In this document: piece by piece, positions 55,687-64,000 of the stretch
Position numbering within the stretch: the first letter of the stretch is position 1
Layout: every line of letters begins with the position of its first letter
Assembly: GCA_964486505.1 (NCBI GenBank)
Contig: CAZAMC010000002.1
Span: forward strand, 193,656-257,655
DNA length: 64,000 nucleotides
Direction: 5' to 3'
Origin: an uncultured Gammaproteobacteria bacterium
Lineage (GTDB): Bacteria; Patescibacteriota; Patescibacteriia; PEXW01
Notes under the pieces: generated by a model
What the model saw: only the letters and a program-made list of their open reading frames with translations
Database searches by the model: none
What the model was told of the DNA's origin: nothing
Program-made: the position numbers and the translations under genes

Positions 55687-56169
55687 ATGAGCACTTACGA
55701 CCCGAAAGTAGATTGCTGCCAGGAATTTGATCCGGCGCCTTGGCAGGATAAGGAAATTACCTGGAACCGCAAACTCTTCGTCAAAGACCACGTGGTAAAT
55801 TTCTTGCACATTCCGCTAAACTTCGGGAAGGTCGTTACCCGCAACATGGCGCTCATTGGTAAGGCAGGGGCACGCTCGCCGTACCAGCTCATGCTCACCG
55901 ATGAGAAATCCTTGTGGAGCTCAGACATCTACATCGACGTGGCCAAAGACGTGCCGGGCGTAACCATGGCGACGCTCACGGGCACCTTCCTGACCAAGGT
56001 GTTCGAAGGCCCGTACAAGAACATGGGCCTCTGGGCAAAGGAAATGCTGGCGTACGTGAAAGCAAAGGGTAGAGAGCAGAAGAAGCTGTACTTCTCCTAC
56101 ACCACCTGCCCCAAGTGTGCTACAAAGTACGGGAAGAACTACGTTGTCCTCATCTCGCAAATTGCATAA
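55687..56169 (+). CDS. hypothetical protein
   Basis: ATG 55687 follows the upstream stop. The ORF-track start at 55321 overlaps the previous gene in another frame. Confidence 0.35.
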   Translation: MSTYDPKVDCCQEFDPAPWQDKEITWNRKLFVKDHVVNFLHIPLNFGKVVTRNMALIGKAGARSPYQLMLTDEKSLWSSDIYIDVAKDVPGVTMATLTGTFLTKVFEGPYKNMGLWAKEMLAYVKAKGREQKKLYFSYTTCPKCATKYGKNYVVLISQIA

Positions 56170-56173
56170 CTCT

Positions 56174-56359
56174 ATGTTTGATCTCCACATTAGCAAGCGC
56201 ACCAGTGAGGCTTTCTACGGTCTGGGTTTCGTCGGGGCGCTCATCTACTTCATCTCAACAGCCACCGGGTTCTGGGACGGCGTTCTCGGCGTGCTCCAGG
56301 CAATTGTTTGGCCCGTGTTCTTTGTCTACGAAGCACTGCAATTCTTCTACACTCGTTAA
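56174..56359 (+). CDS. hypothetical small membrane protein
   Basis: 61 aa with one hydrophobic helix. Starts 5 nt after the upstream stop. Confidence 0.3.
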   Translation: MFDLHISKRTSEAFYGLGFVGALIYFISTATGFWDGVLGVLQAIVWPVFFVYEALQFFYTR

Positions 56360-56376
56360 GCTAACGTACGCGCTTT

Positions 56377-56985
56377 ATGGCAAAAGTTGAGATCGGCAAA
56401 GCCTTCCGCTACGGCTGGGAAACCCTCCAGAAAGATTTCTGGTACTTCGTCGGCATATCGGTGCTCTACGCGGTGATCACCAGCTTGCCCAGTGGCAAGG
56501 ATGGCAATGGCGGCTGGGGCGCACTGGGTATTTTCATTAGCGCCTGGCTTACCGGCGGCTTGTACCGCTTGCTGCTGGACTACAAAGCCGGCAAGAAGCA
56601 GGAGTTCACGATGCTCTTCACCCAGTTCAAGCAGTTCTGGCGCATCCTGCTGGGCGAATTGCTGGTCTTGCTCATCATCATTGGCGGGCTCATCCTGCTC
56701 ATTGTGCCGGGCTTCATCTGGGCCATTAAGTACCAGTTCACCATCCTGCTCATTGTGGACAAGGACATGGAAATTATGGATGCCTTGCGGGCGAGCGGGA
56801 AGATGACCGAGGGCATGAAGGGCAGACTCTTCGTTTTCGGTCTGGCCGCCTTGGGGGTCATTCTCCTGGGTGCCATCTGCTTGGGCGTGGGTGTGTTCGT
56901 GGCCATCCCGGTGGTGTGGTTAGCGTACGTGCACCTCTACCGCAGTTTGTGCGTTCCAACTGCAGCTGCTTCGGCAAAGAAATAG
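56377..56985 (+). CDS. hypothetical polytopic membrane protein
   Basis: About four helices. No motif assigned. Confidence 0.4.
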   Translation: MAKVEIGKAFRYGWETLQKDFWYFVGISVLYAVITSLPSGKDGNGGWGALGIFISAWLTGGLYRLLLDYKAGKKQEFTMLFTQFKQFWRILLGELLVLLIIIGGLILLIVPGFIWAIKYQFTILLIVDKDMEIMDALRASGKMTEGMKGRLFVFGLAALGVILLGAICLGVGVFVAIPVVWLAYVHLYRSLCVPTAAASAKK

Positions 56986-57088
56986 TCATCCCGCTTTTCG
57001 CAATAACCCGCCAGCAAGCGGGTTTTTGTATTTTCCCTCAAGCGCTGCCCCCAAGTGTTGTGCTTTTTTGCAGATGCCGTAGCATTAC

Positions 57089-57523
57089 GTGCATAAAAAG
57101 AAAACTCGTTGCTTGAAACTTTACGTGAAGGAAGGAGGCACCGCCTTGAAAGTGCTTGGCAAACACCTCTTGGCCGAGCTCACTGGCTGCAATGTGGCCG
57201 TGCTGGATGACCAGGAGAAACTCGAGAGTATCTTCAAAACCGCTGCCGAGAAAGCGGGTGCGACCGTGGTGAACGCCACGGCCCACCGCTACTCCCCGCA
57301 TGGCGTGTCGGTGGTGGTGGTTATCTCCGAGTCGCATGTGTCTGTCCACACCTGGCCGGAGTACGGCTTTGCGTCGGTAGATATCTACACCTGCGGCGAG
57401 AAAGTTGATCCCCACCAGGGGCTGGACTACATCGTGCAGGAGCTCGGCGCCAGCGGCGTACATGTGCAGGAGATTGCGCGGGGCATTCCTTCTTCCACCG
57501 AGGAGAAGCTTGCTCACAAGTAG
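57089..57523 (+). CDS. speH: S-adenosylmethionine decarboxylase proenzyme (small bacterial/archaeal type)
   Basis: LGKHLLAEL N-terminus and the self-processing ESHVSVHTWPE motif, in which the serine becomes the pyruvoyl group. Confidence 0.7.
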   Translation: MHKKKTRCLKLYVKEGGTALKVLGKHLLAELTGCNVAVLDDQEKLESIFKTAAEKAGATVVNATAHRYSPHGVSVVVVISESHVSVHTWPEYGFASVDIYTCGEKVDPHQGLDYIVQELGASGVHVQEIARGIPSSTEEKLAHK

Positions 57524-57543
57524 CTGGTGGTTCATTCGTAAAA

Positions 57544-57578
57544 GGCTTGGACGAATTCGTTCAAGCCTTTTACTTTTT
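57544..57578 (+). terminator. intrinsic terminator after speH
   Basis: Long imperfect palindrome GGCTTGGACGAATTCGTTCAAGCC followed by TTTTACTTTTT. Confidence 0.5.
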
Positions 57579-57660
57579 CCAACCCCGCCCCTCTGTTTAC
57601 CCATTTTTTCCCGAGCGATATACTAGTACGTATTCTAGTTAGTTCAATAATACCAAGTGT

Positions 57661-58149
57661 ATGCGCAACATCTTCCAGCAGCAGAATGGCATGAACATTA
57701 TTGGTCAAGGTGGCAAGATCATCTTGTTCATGCTGCCGTCTCTAATTGCGGCAATCTGGGTGGCCAGTCAGGGCTACGCGTTCGCCAACTTCCCAGAGAG
57801 CGTCAGTTTCCTGAAGTACGTCGGGTTCGTTGTACTGGCAGTTGGGGTACTCTTCTGGGGCACGGCAATCATCCAGCTCCTCACGGGTTTTCCCAAAGGT
57901 AAGCTCATTACCACTGGCGCCTACGGCATCGCGCGCAATCCCATCTACTCCAGCGCTACGTTTTTCATCTTGCCGGGCATTGCCCTGGCAACGCTCGCGT
58001 GGGTCTACCTGGTATCATCGGTGTGCCTGTACGTGGGGGTGCGGCTGTTCATTGGCAAGGAGGAACGGCAGCTTACCGAAGTGTTCGGTCAAGCGTACCA
58101 GGACTACCTCACCAAAGTAGATAGGCTCATCCCATTCAAGCGACCGTAA
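57661..58149 (+). CDS. ICMT/PEMT-family membrane methyltransferase
   Basis: C-terminal TTGAYGIARNPIYSS...EERQLTEVFGQAYQDY motif of the isoprenylcysteine carboxyl methyltransferase family. Confidence 0.6.
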   Translation: MRNIFQQQNGMNIIGQGGKIILFMLPSLIAAIWVASQGYAFANFPESVSFLKYVGFVVLAVGVLFWGTAIIQLLTGFPKGKLITTGAYGIARNPIYSSATFFILPGIALATLAWVYLVSSVCLYVGVRLFIGKEERQLTEVFGQAYQDYLTKVDRLIPFKRP

Positions 58150-58240
58150 CGCTTTTCTTTTCCCCCAACCCCGCCTTCCGCGTCAGTAGGGGACACAAAA
58201 AATAATGACCCGACTCACATGAGTCGGGTCACATGTACAT

Positions 58241-58468
58241 TTACGTAGTCGCATTGCCCTTCTTCGTGCACACGACGCTAACCTTCAGTTCCCAACGTGC
58301 ACCGCAGCGAGAACAAGAAAAGGTCGTTTTGCCATCGCCGAATACGACTGGCTTGCCACAGTGGCAAGCCCCGGAGGGGATAGGCGTGAAGAGGTGGCCT
58401 ATTTCAAGAATTAACCTCTCGCCATACGTTTGAACCACTTTTCTTAAGGAGTCAGTTTTGCTTGCCAT
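58241..58468 (-). CDS. small zinc-ribbon protein (CxC...CxxC)
   Basis: 75-aa minus-strand ORF with CHCGKPVVFGDGKTTFSCSRCG. It is followed on its own strand by an 11-bp hairpin (58206..58231) and a T-run. Confidence 0.3.
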   Translation of the reverse strand: MASKTDSLRKVVQTYGERLILEIGHLFTPIPSGACHCGKPVVFGDGKTTFSCSRCGARWELKVSVVCTKKGNATT

Positions 58469-58721
58469 TTAAGTCTCTCTTAGTGACGTGTTTTGATTTA
58501 GTGGTCTACTTTATTTGGGGACGTTGCTTTTGTCAATGCGGGGTAGAGGGGTGGGGGAATGACCGCTGCTGCGGTTGAACGCCTATCCCAGTTCTTGACG
58601 CTGCGTAAGCGAATTGGTAGAGTTTCGTACTTATGCTTTCTATACCACAGGGGCGTAAGATGGCTGCGTTGCGGCCATGAACATTGACAATTCAACACTG
58701 TAGATACAGACGGAGGTATTT

Positions 58722-59462
58722 GTGAAAGTTGCAGTCATTAGCGATATCCACGGGAACCTCACAGCGTTGCAAGCCGTGCTGAACGATCAGCGCGTTCTTG
58801 GCGTTGATGAGGTGTACTGCTTAGGCGATATCGTTGGCTACGGACCGCGCCCACGAGAGTGCCTCGGGATAGTCCAGGCATGTGCGAAAGGTATTGTTCG
58901 CGGCAACCATGAAGAAGCCACAGCTGACATTGAAACGTGGCAATCGGAGTTGAATGACTACGCTGTTGCTGGCATTCGCTACTCCGCGCAGCAATTGCGT
59001 CCGCAAGATTCTGTGTACGTGAAAGCATTACCGGAGACGCTGGTTCTCCCGGCGCTGGGCATCGCCTGCGCGCACGGGGCGTTCGTGCCGCCGTACCTAT
59101 GGCGGTACACGGAAACCGAAGAAGATGTGAAGGCGCAGTTTGCCCATCTCCCAGCACGCATCGGGTGCATCGGGCACACGCACATTCCATTCGTCTTCGG
59201 GAGCACAGCCGGTTTGTTCGAGACATTGCCAGACGCGCTACCGCTCGGAGAAGGCCAGCAGTTCCTCATTAACGTTGGGAGCGTTGGCCAACCGCGTGAT
59301 GGCGACTGCCGTGCGAGCTACGGCGTTTTCACCTTCAGCGATGGGAATGCGCCGACGTTCGATTTACGGCGGGTGTTCTACGACATCGCGCAGGTAGCAG
59401 CCGATATTCGGCAAGCCGGATTACCAACATTCCTTGCAGAACGATTGTTCCAAGGGCAGTGA
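58722..59462 (+). CDS. metallophosphoesterase (calcineurin-like)
   Basis: VISDIHGN, GDIVGYG, GNHE, GHTH motifs. GTG start with a GGAGG RBS. Confidence 0.7.
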   Translation: MKVAVISDIHGNLTALQAVLNDQRVLGVDEVYCLGDIVGYGPRPRECLGIVQACAKGIVRGNHEEATADIETWQSELNDYAVAGIRYSAQQLRPQDSVYVKALPETLVLPALGIACAHGAFVPPYLWRYTETEEDVKAQFAHLPARIGCIGHTHIPFVFGSTAGLFETLPDALPLGEGQQFLINVGSVGQPRDGDCRASYGVFTFSDGNAPTFDLRRVFYDIAQVAADIRQAGLPTFLAERLFQGQ

Positions 59463-59471
59463 GGAGTACAC

Positions 59472-60260
59472 ATGCGTATTGGAAATTACGAAATACTCAA
59501 GCAGATTGGCGAGGGTGGCTTTGCGCGAACGTACGTAGCGCGCCACGTCGTCCTCGGCGAGCTTGCGTGTCTGAAGCAGAACCTCGATATTAGTCGGGAA
59601 GACGAGGCGTTGCTGCTCAAAGAGGCAAAGCTCCTCTGGCACATCCACCACTACTCCCTCCCCACGCTTCGGGATTTCCTGAAGTGCAAGGACGGGAGCT
59701 ACGTGCTGGTCATGACCTTCATCGAGGGGAAAGACTTGTTCAAGGTAGTAGCGGAAGACTTCCCGCGTGGTTTGGATCCCGAGCACGTGTGCTGGATCAT
59801 GCAGCGTTTGCTGAACGCCCTGCACTACCTGCACTTCCACGGCGTCATCCACGGCGACGTGAAGCCGCAGAACATTATGATTCGGCCCGACGAGCACAAC
59901 GCTGTGCTCGTGGACTACGGTTTGGCCACGCTCAAGCCCAAACACCGGACGCACACCGAAGGGTATACCCCGGCGTTCGCTGCGCCCGAGCAGCTGGAGG
60001 GCCAGCCGCCGATTCCCGAGACGGACTTGTACTGCCTGGGGGAATCCATGATCTACGCGCTCGGCGGGAATCCCGCAGCAGTGACGTACCCTAAGCACGT
60101 TCCACGGCAACTCCAGACCTTCATCAACCGATTGGTTGTCCGCGATCCGCTAAAACGGCCGCGGAGTGCGGAGGCACTCGTCATGCAGCTCTCCGACTTG
60201 CGGCAAGAGATTTTCGGCCGCCGGCGGAGTGAGAAGACACTTGAACTTGCAATGAAGTAA
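59472..60260 (+). CDS. Hanks-type Ser/Thr protein kinase
   Basis: Gly-rich loop IGEGGFARTY, the catalytic loop HGDVKPQNIM, DYGLA and APE motifs. Confidence 0.75.
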   Translation: MRIGNYEILKQIGEGGFARTYVARHVVLGELACLKQNLDISREDEALLLKEAKLLWHIHHYSLPTLRDFLKCKDGSYVLVMTFIEGKDLFKVVAEDFPRGLDPEHVCWIMQRLLNALHYLHFHGVIHGDVKPQNIMIRPDEHNAVLVDYGLATLKPKHRTHTEGYTPAFAAPEQLEGQPPIPETDLYCLGESMIYALGGNPAAVTYPKHVPRQLQTFINRLVVRDPLKRPRSAEALVMQLSDLRQEIFGRRRSEKTLELAMK

Positions 60261-60293
60261 ACACCCACACCACAAGTATAGGAGGTAAGTACT

Positions 60294-61277
60294 ATGTATG
60301 GTTGGTCATCTGACGATGGCCGTGCCTCAACTGGCATGGACAGCGACCGTGGCTACGATTACGGCTCTGCTCGTAAAGCGTACGCAGACGACGCTGCAAG
60401 CCCATCCGCTCGGCGCTCTGCTTCGGCTCGCGCCAAGTCGTACAAATCGCGCATCGGCCGTACCGAAGCGCCGGTCGGCAAGGATATTCAGACGGACAGC
60501 ACTCACCCTATCGTGGTGTGCACAGACGTCACCGGCTCGATGCGGGAAACCCCGGGCATCATGTTCGAGAAGCTCCCGCTCCTCGGCAAGGAAGTGGAAC
60601 GCTACGCGCCGGCGTACGCCACGAGCTTCGTCGCGTTCGGCGACGTCGACGACAGCTACCCGCTCCAAGTGCGTGACTTCGCCTCTGGCGAAGCGCTGGA
60701 CGAGCACATCGCCGCGCTTTACCCCGAAGGTCAGGGTGGCGACGATCCCGAAGACCCCGAGCTGGTAGCCTACTACCTGCTCAACCACTGCAAGATGCCG
60801 AACGCAGTGAAGCCGGTCTGCTTCTTCATCACGGACGCCACTTGCCACAGGCAGGTGCAGCCGGAAGACGTGAAGAATTTCACGGGCGATACGGTGCAAT
60901 CCGCGCTCGATTCGGCCTCGCTCTTCAAGCAGCTGGCGAAGAAGTTCTCGGTGTACGTCATTCTCCGGAACTACTCGCCCGGCAGCTCCACGGTAGAATT
61001 CTGGAGCGACATGGTTGGCGCGCAGCGCGTGAAGCCCCTCGAAGAACCGCGCGACATCGTCGAGTTGCTCATCGGCCTCTACGCCGCGGAGCTGGGCGAG
61101 CTGAAGGACTTCGAACTTCGCTCGTCACGACGTCACAGCGACAAGCCGGACCGGGTGAGTCGCGTCATCAAGTCTGTCCATTCCGGTGGCCTCGCCACGG
61201 GTGCATCCGGCAGCAAAGCGAAGCCCGCCGGAACCAAGCGGAGCACTTCGATTCGCAGTAAGAAGCTCACCGACTGA
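60294..61277 (+). CDS. vWA-domain protein
   Basis: MIDAS-like IVVCTDVTGSM after a disordered basic N-terminus. Basic C-terminal tail. Confidence 0.55.
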   Translation: MYGWSSDDGRASTGMDSDRGYDYGSARKAYADDAASPSARRSASARAKSYKSRIGRTEAPVGKDIQTDSTHPIVVCTDVTGSMRETPGIMFEKLPLLGKEVERYAPAYATSFVAFGDVDDSYPLQVRDFASGEALDEHIAALYPEGQGGDDPEDPELVAYYLLNHCKMPNAVKPVCFFITDATCHRQVQPEDVKNFTGDTVQSALDSASLFKQLAKKFSVYVILRNYSPGSSTVEFWSDMVGAQRVKPLEEPRDIVELLIGLYAAELGELKDFELRSSRRHSDKPDRVSRVIKSVHSGGLATGASGSKAKPAGTKRSTSIRSKKLTD

Positions 61278-61291
61278 GCGAAGGAGCAGCA

Positions 61292-62308
61292 ATGAAAGTC
61301 ATAACCACGATTCCGCCCTACGCGCCGTTCCTACCGGCAATCGCGAAGGTGCCCATCGTGTCTGGGTTCCGCCTGAACACGGTGATGCCCGTGAGCGGTT
61401 CGCTCAGCGATATGCTCAAACGGTTGAAGAGCATCGTCGGCCGGAAGCAGCTCTGGATAGACCTGAAGTGTCGCCAGATCCGCATTAGCCGCGGTGACTA
61501 CTTCAAGGCGCCCACTGAGCCGCGCACCTACACCATCGGCGGGACGACCTACGTCCTCGACCCCTCGCAACCGCGGGCCTTTGGCCACATTGTGAGCCCG
61601 CCGTGGGCGACCATCAAGATTGATCGGAAGATCAAGCTCGATGTGTCTCGTGGGCCAGTGAAGTGCTGGTTCCAGGATGGCAAGGAGTCTGCCAGCATCG
61701 TGGAGGTCATCAACGGTGATGAGCTCATCATGCTGGATGGCCCGCAGCGTATTGTCGGTGGTGGTGAGTCTATCAACATCACCGATCCCAGCTTGGAGGT
61801 AGAAGGGTACCTAACCGACCTGGACGTGCAGTACGTCGAGGCCGCGAGAGCGCTCGGCATCCACACCTACATGCTGTCCTACGTCGAGCAGGATAGTGAC
61901 ATCACCGACCTGCTCGCGCTGGATCCCGACGCGCACATCCTGGCGAAGATCGAGTCGCGGAAGGGCTTGCAGTGGGTGCAGGATTCGTACTCGAAGCACA
62001 AGTCTGCCAAGGTGCGGCTCATGGCTGCCCGCGGCGACTTGTTCGTTGAGGTGGGTCGTCCAGACCGTATCCTCAACCCGCTGAAGGATGTGGTGGCCGC
62101 CGATGCAGGTGCTGTGCTCGCGTCGAGGATTTTCAACTCCCTCGTCAGCAGCCCGCACCCGTCGTGTGCAGACGTTACGGACATCGCCTGCATGCTGGAG
62201 ATGGGGTACCGCCACTTCATGATCGGCGACGACATTTGCTTCCACGAGGAGTCTCTGCTGCTTGCCCTGGACATCCTCCAGGCAATTGACCGGGACTACC
62301 GACGGTAG
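61292..62308 (+). CDS. pyruvate-kinase-like/HpcH-type TIM-barrel protein
   Basis: ILAKIESRKGL ... LMAARGDLFVEVG resembles the PK/HpcH (PEP/pyruvate-binding) barrel motifs KIEN...G and MVARGDLG. No PK C-terminal domain. Confidence 0.4.
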   Translation: MKVITTIPPYAPFLPAIAKVPIVSGFRLNTVMPVSGSLSDMLKRLKSIVGRKQLWIDLKCRQIRISRGDYFKAPTEPRTYTIGGTTYVLDPSQPRAFGHIVSPPWATIKIDRKIKLDVSRGPVKCWFQDGKESASIVEVINGDELIMLDGPQRIVGGGESINITDPSLEVEGYLTDLDVQYVEAARALGIHTYMLSYVEQDSDITDLLALDPDAHILAKIESRKGLQWVQDSYSKHKSAKVRLMAARGDLFVEVGRPDRILNPLKDVVAADAGAVLASRIFNSLVSSPHPSCADVTDIACMLEMGYRHFMIGDDICFHEESLLLALDILQAIDRDYRR

Positions 62309-62333
62309 CACACGTTCGCATGCACTTTTTTAA

Positions 62334-62361
62334 GGCGACTCTCAACAGAGAGTCGCCTTTT
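62334..62361 (+). terminator. intrinsic terminator
   Basis: GGCGACTCTC-AACA-GAGAGTCGCC followed by TTTTCTTTT. Confidence 0.6.
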
Positions 62362-62520
62362 CTTTTCCCCCAATCCCAACCCCGCCCCCGGGGGCTTGCC
62401 TCGACTCGCCGAGGGCGTCCCGAGGCGAGGCGGGCAGAGGGGTGGAGCAGAATACATTAGACCTTTCTTTACAATCCCTCGGAAGAGTGGGATGTTTGGG
62501 TTAGCCTAATCAGTAGTCCT

Positions 62521-63733
62521 TATGTTACAAGACAATATATACGGTCGGTGCGCTCGTACTGTGAACGCAAATGGCCAGAACATCTATGTTGATCTGGACT
62601 TATTTTTTGTCCGTCTTTTACTTTTTGAAAAGTACACACTTGAATCTTTAAGACTAAAAGAACTTCCATTTTTGGCCAGTACCATTTCGATTGATGGCCT
62701 CTTGGAGCTTCTAGAATCTGGTTCATTAAAATTTCACTGGGAACCAATAAGTGTCGCCGATATTGCCCAGTTGAAGTCCGCAAATAGAATAGCTATCCAT
62801 GACGGACTACCAAGTTATACTTATTCTATTAGTGCGGTAGAACTAGTTGACTTAGAGCACGCTGTAGATAAGTGTCTGAAAGTATTAAAGACAATTCCAA
62901 ACATTACTCACCGGCAATTAAAACGTCTAAAACGAGCAGTAAGTAATAACATTGTTTACCACCGTCCTGATGCGATGAAAGGCATACTTGAATCTTTTTG
63001 GGTAGACTTAAAAAATGAAGACTTCGTAAAATCATCTATAATAAATGAGGCTGGAAAAGCACAACCGTCGGACAATTTTTTTATTAATATTGAAAAGGTA
63101 AATAACAATGACATCATTGTTAGGACAAATATTTGCTCATGGCTGGGGATCGACATCAATGCAGGGTTTAAAGTTGTCCAAAGCGCGATACTGCGAATCG
63201 GTGGGTTGAATGAGCGTCTTTCACAAATGAAAGATTTTGATTCAGTTATTGGATTTCATTCAGAAAAAGACTTTGAATTATACGATCGTAAATTTCATCC
63301 AATAAGTCGAGAGATTTCAGAACAAAAAGCAGTTAAAGAACTTGGGAGGTTGATAAATTTGAAAGAATTGCCCGACGTTAATAGTTTATTTCAAAGAGGG
63401 TCATTAGATATAAAAAAATTACTAAAAGTAAGAGAAAGCCATGAATGTCGTGATTTCCGGCGATGGCTTTGGGCACAGGCAAATTTATCCGATGAAGAAA
63501 TTTTAGAACGATTTTCAGGTATAAAGGGAAAACTAGGTAATAAACTTACATCCCTTCCTAGCAGGGTCATCCGCTTCGTTGTCGGTGGTGCAGTAGGTAT
63601 GTTTGGTTTAGCTCCCGGTGCAGCAGTAACAGCTGTAGATCAGTTTGTTCTAGATCAGGTTTTTAAAAAGGATGGCGTACGTGCCTTTGTTGATAACCTT
63701 TATCCTTCATTATGGAGGACTGATGGAAGTTAA
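62521..63733 (+). CDS. hypothetical protein encoded in AT-rich island
   Basis: 403-aa ORF in sequence far more AT-rich than the rest of the window. No motif assigned. Confidence 0.5.
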
Positions 63734-63740
63734 GTGTTTA

Positions 63741-63768
63741 TTGACAAAAAAGTATAAAATGCTAGCAT
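63741..63768 (+). promoter_or_regulatory. candidate promoter TTGACA-16-TAGCAT
   Basis: Consensus -35 with a plausible -10 placing the transcription start near 63775. Confidence 0.3.
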
Positions 63769-63774
63769 AAAAAT

Positions 63775-63861
63775 GTGTCTGTGAGGGACATCCCGTAACC
63801 GGCTAAGATATCCTACGCTGGAAAAGCAGACACAGAAAAAAGCCCCTAACCGGGCTTTTTT
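63775..63861 (+). ncRNA. candidate small RNA (about 87 nt) with own promoter and intrinsic terminator
   Basis: An 8-bp closing helix (UGUGUCUG...CAGACACA) encloses about 45 nt with an internal GGGA-CA-UCCC hairpin. It is followed by an AGCCC-CUAACC-GGGCU-U6 terminator. No ORF of meaningful length. Confidence 0.25.
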
Positions 63862-64000
63862 GCGTACTTTTTCTTTTGTTCAGCGCTGCGTCTTTCTCTA
63901 ATGCTATAGAAATGCGGCGAGCTTAAGGGAAATTGACGAATTATAACAATGATATGTCTTTTCATGCCATCGACAATGCCGTGTAATTCAGTGAAAGTAA

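Noticed and set aside
63898-63966. Possible type I toxin-antitoxin (small basic ORF convergent with the candidate sRNA)
   Set aside because: The minus-strand ORF is only 22 aa (MKRHIIVIIRQFPLSSPHFYSI), stops at 63898 and does not overlap the sRNA. There is not enough evidence.
1-64000. CRISPR arrays, transposases/IS elements, rRNA genes, integrases
   Set aside because: No regularly spaced direct repeats, no DDE/tyrosine-recombinase-like ORFs and no rRNA-like sequence were seen. The only tRNA-associated repeat is the short tRNA-Asp duplication.

Overview
The window is a 64 kb segment of a streamlined bacterial chromosome with roughly 58% GC, dense coding and many short intrinsic terminators. 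The last 1.5 kb drops sharply to AT-rich sequence.

Recognisable genes include:
- Aminoacyl-tRNA ligases: argS, ileS, glyQS.
- A ribosomal/translation cluster on the minus strand: infC-rpmI-rplT, smpB and a tmRNA.
- recO, rmuC, tatD, dcd-like, two glycosyltransferases (GT4, GT39), a ClpA/ClpC-type AAA+ ATPase and a split ComEC.
- A group-3-like [NiFe] hydrogenase small/large subunit pair with a maturation protease.
- Transporters: two ABC systems, MFS, EamA.
- speH, an ICMT-family methyltransferase, and a metallophosphoesterase/Ser-Thr kinase/vWA cluster.
- tRNA-Asp, initiator tRNA-fMet and one atypical tRNA-like gene.

No CRISPR array, transposase or rRNA was seen.

The findings I would look at first:
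1. An isoleucyl-tRNA synthetase carrying an embedded SixA/PGAM-type histidine-phosphatase domain.
2. An array of three overlapping secreted beta-helix/BNR genes that share a nucleotide-identical N-terminal module and a conserved C-terminal LYAQ* end.
3. A membrane-anchored zinc-ribbon Clp ATPase with an uncharacterised partner.
4. A four-gene cluster of unknowns ending in a large NHL-repeat surface protein, next to a tRNA-Asp with a duplicated 3' end.
5. A terminal AT-rich island with an unknown protein and a small-RNA candidate.

All protein calls are from motif recognition by eye. No database search was possible, so every family assignment is provisional.
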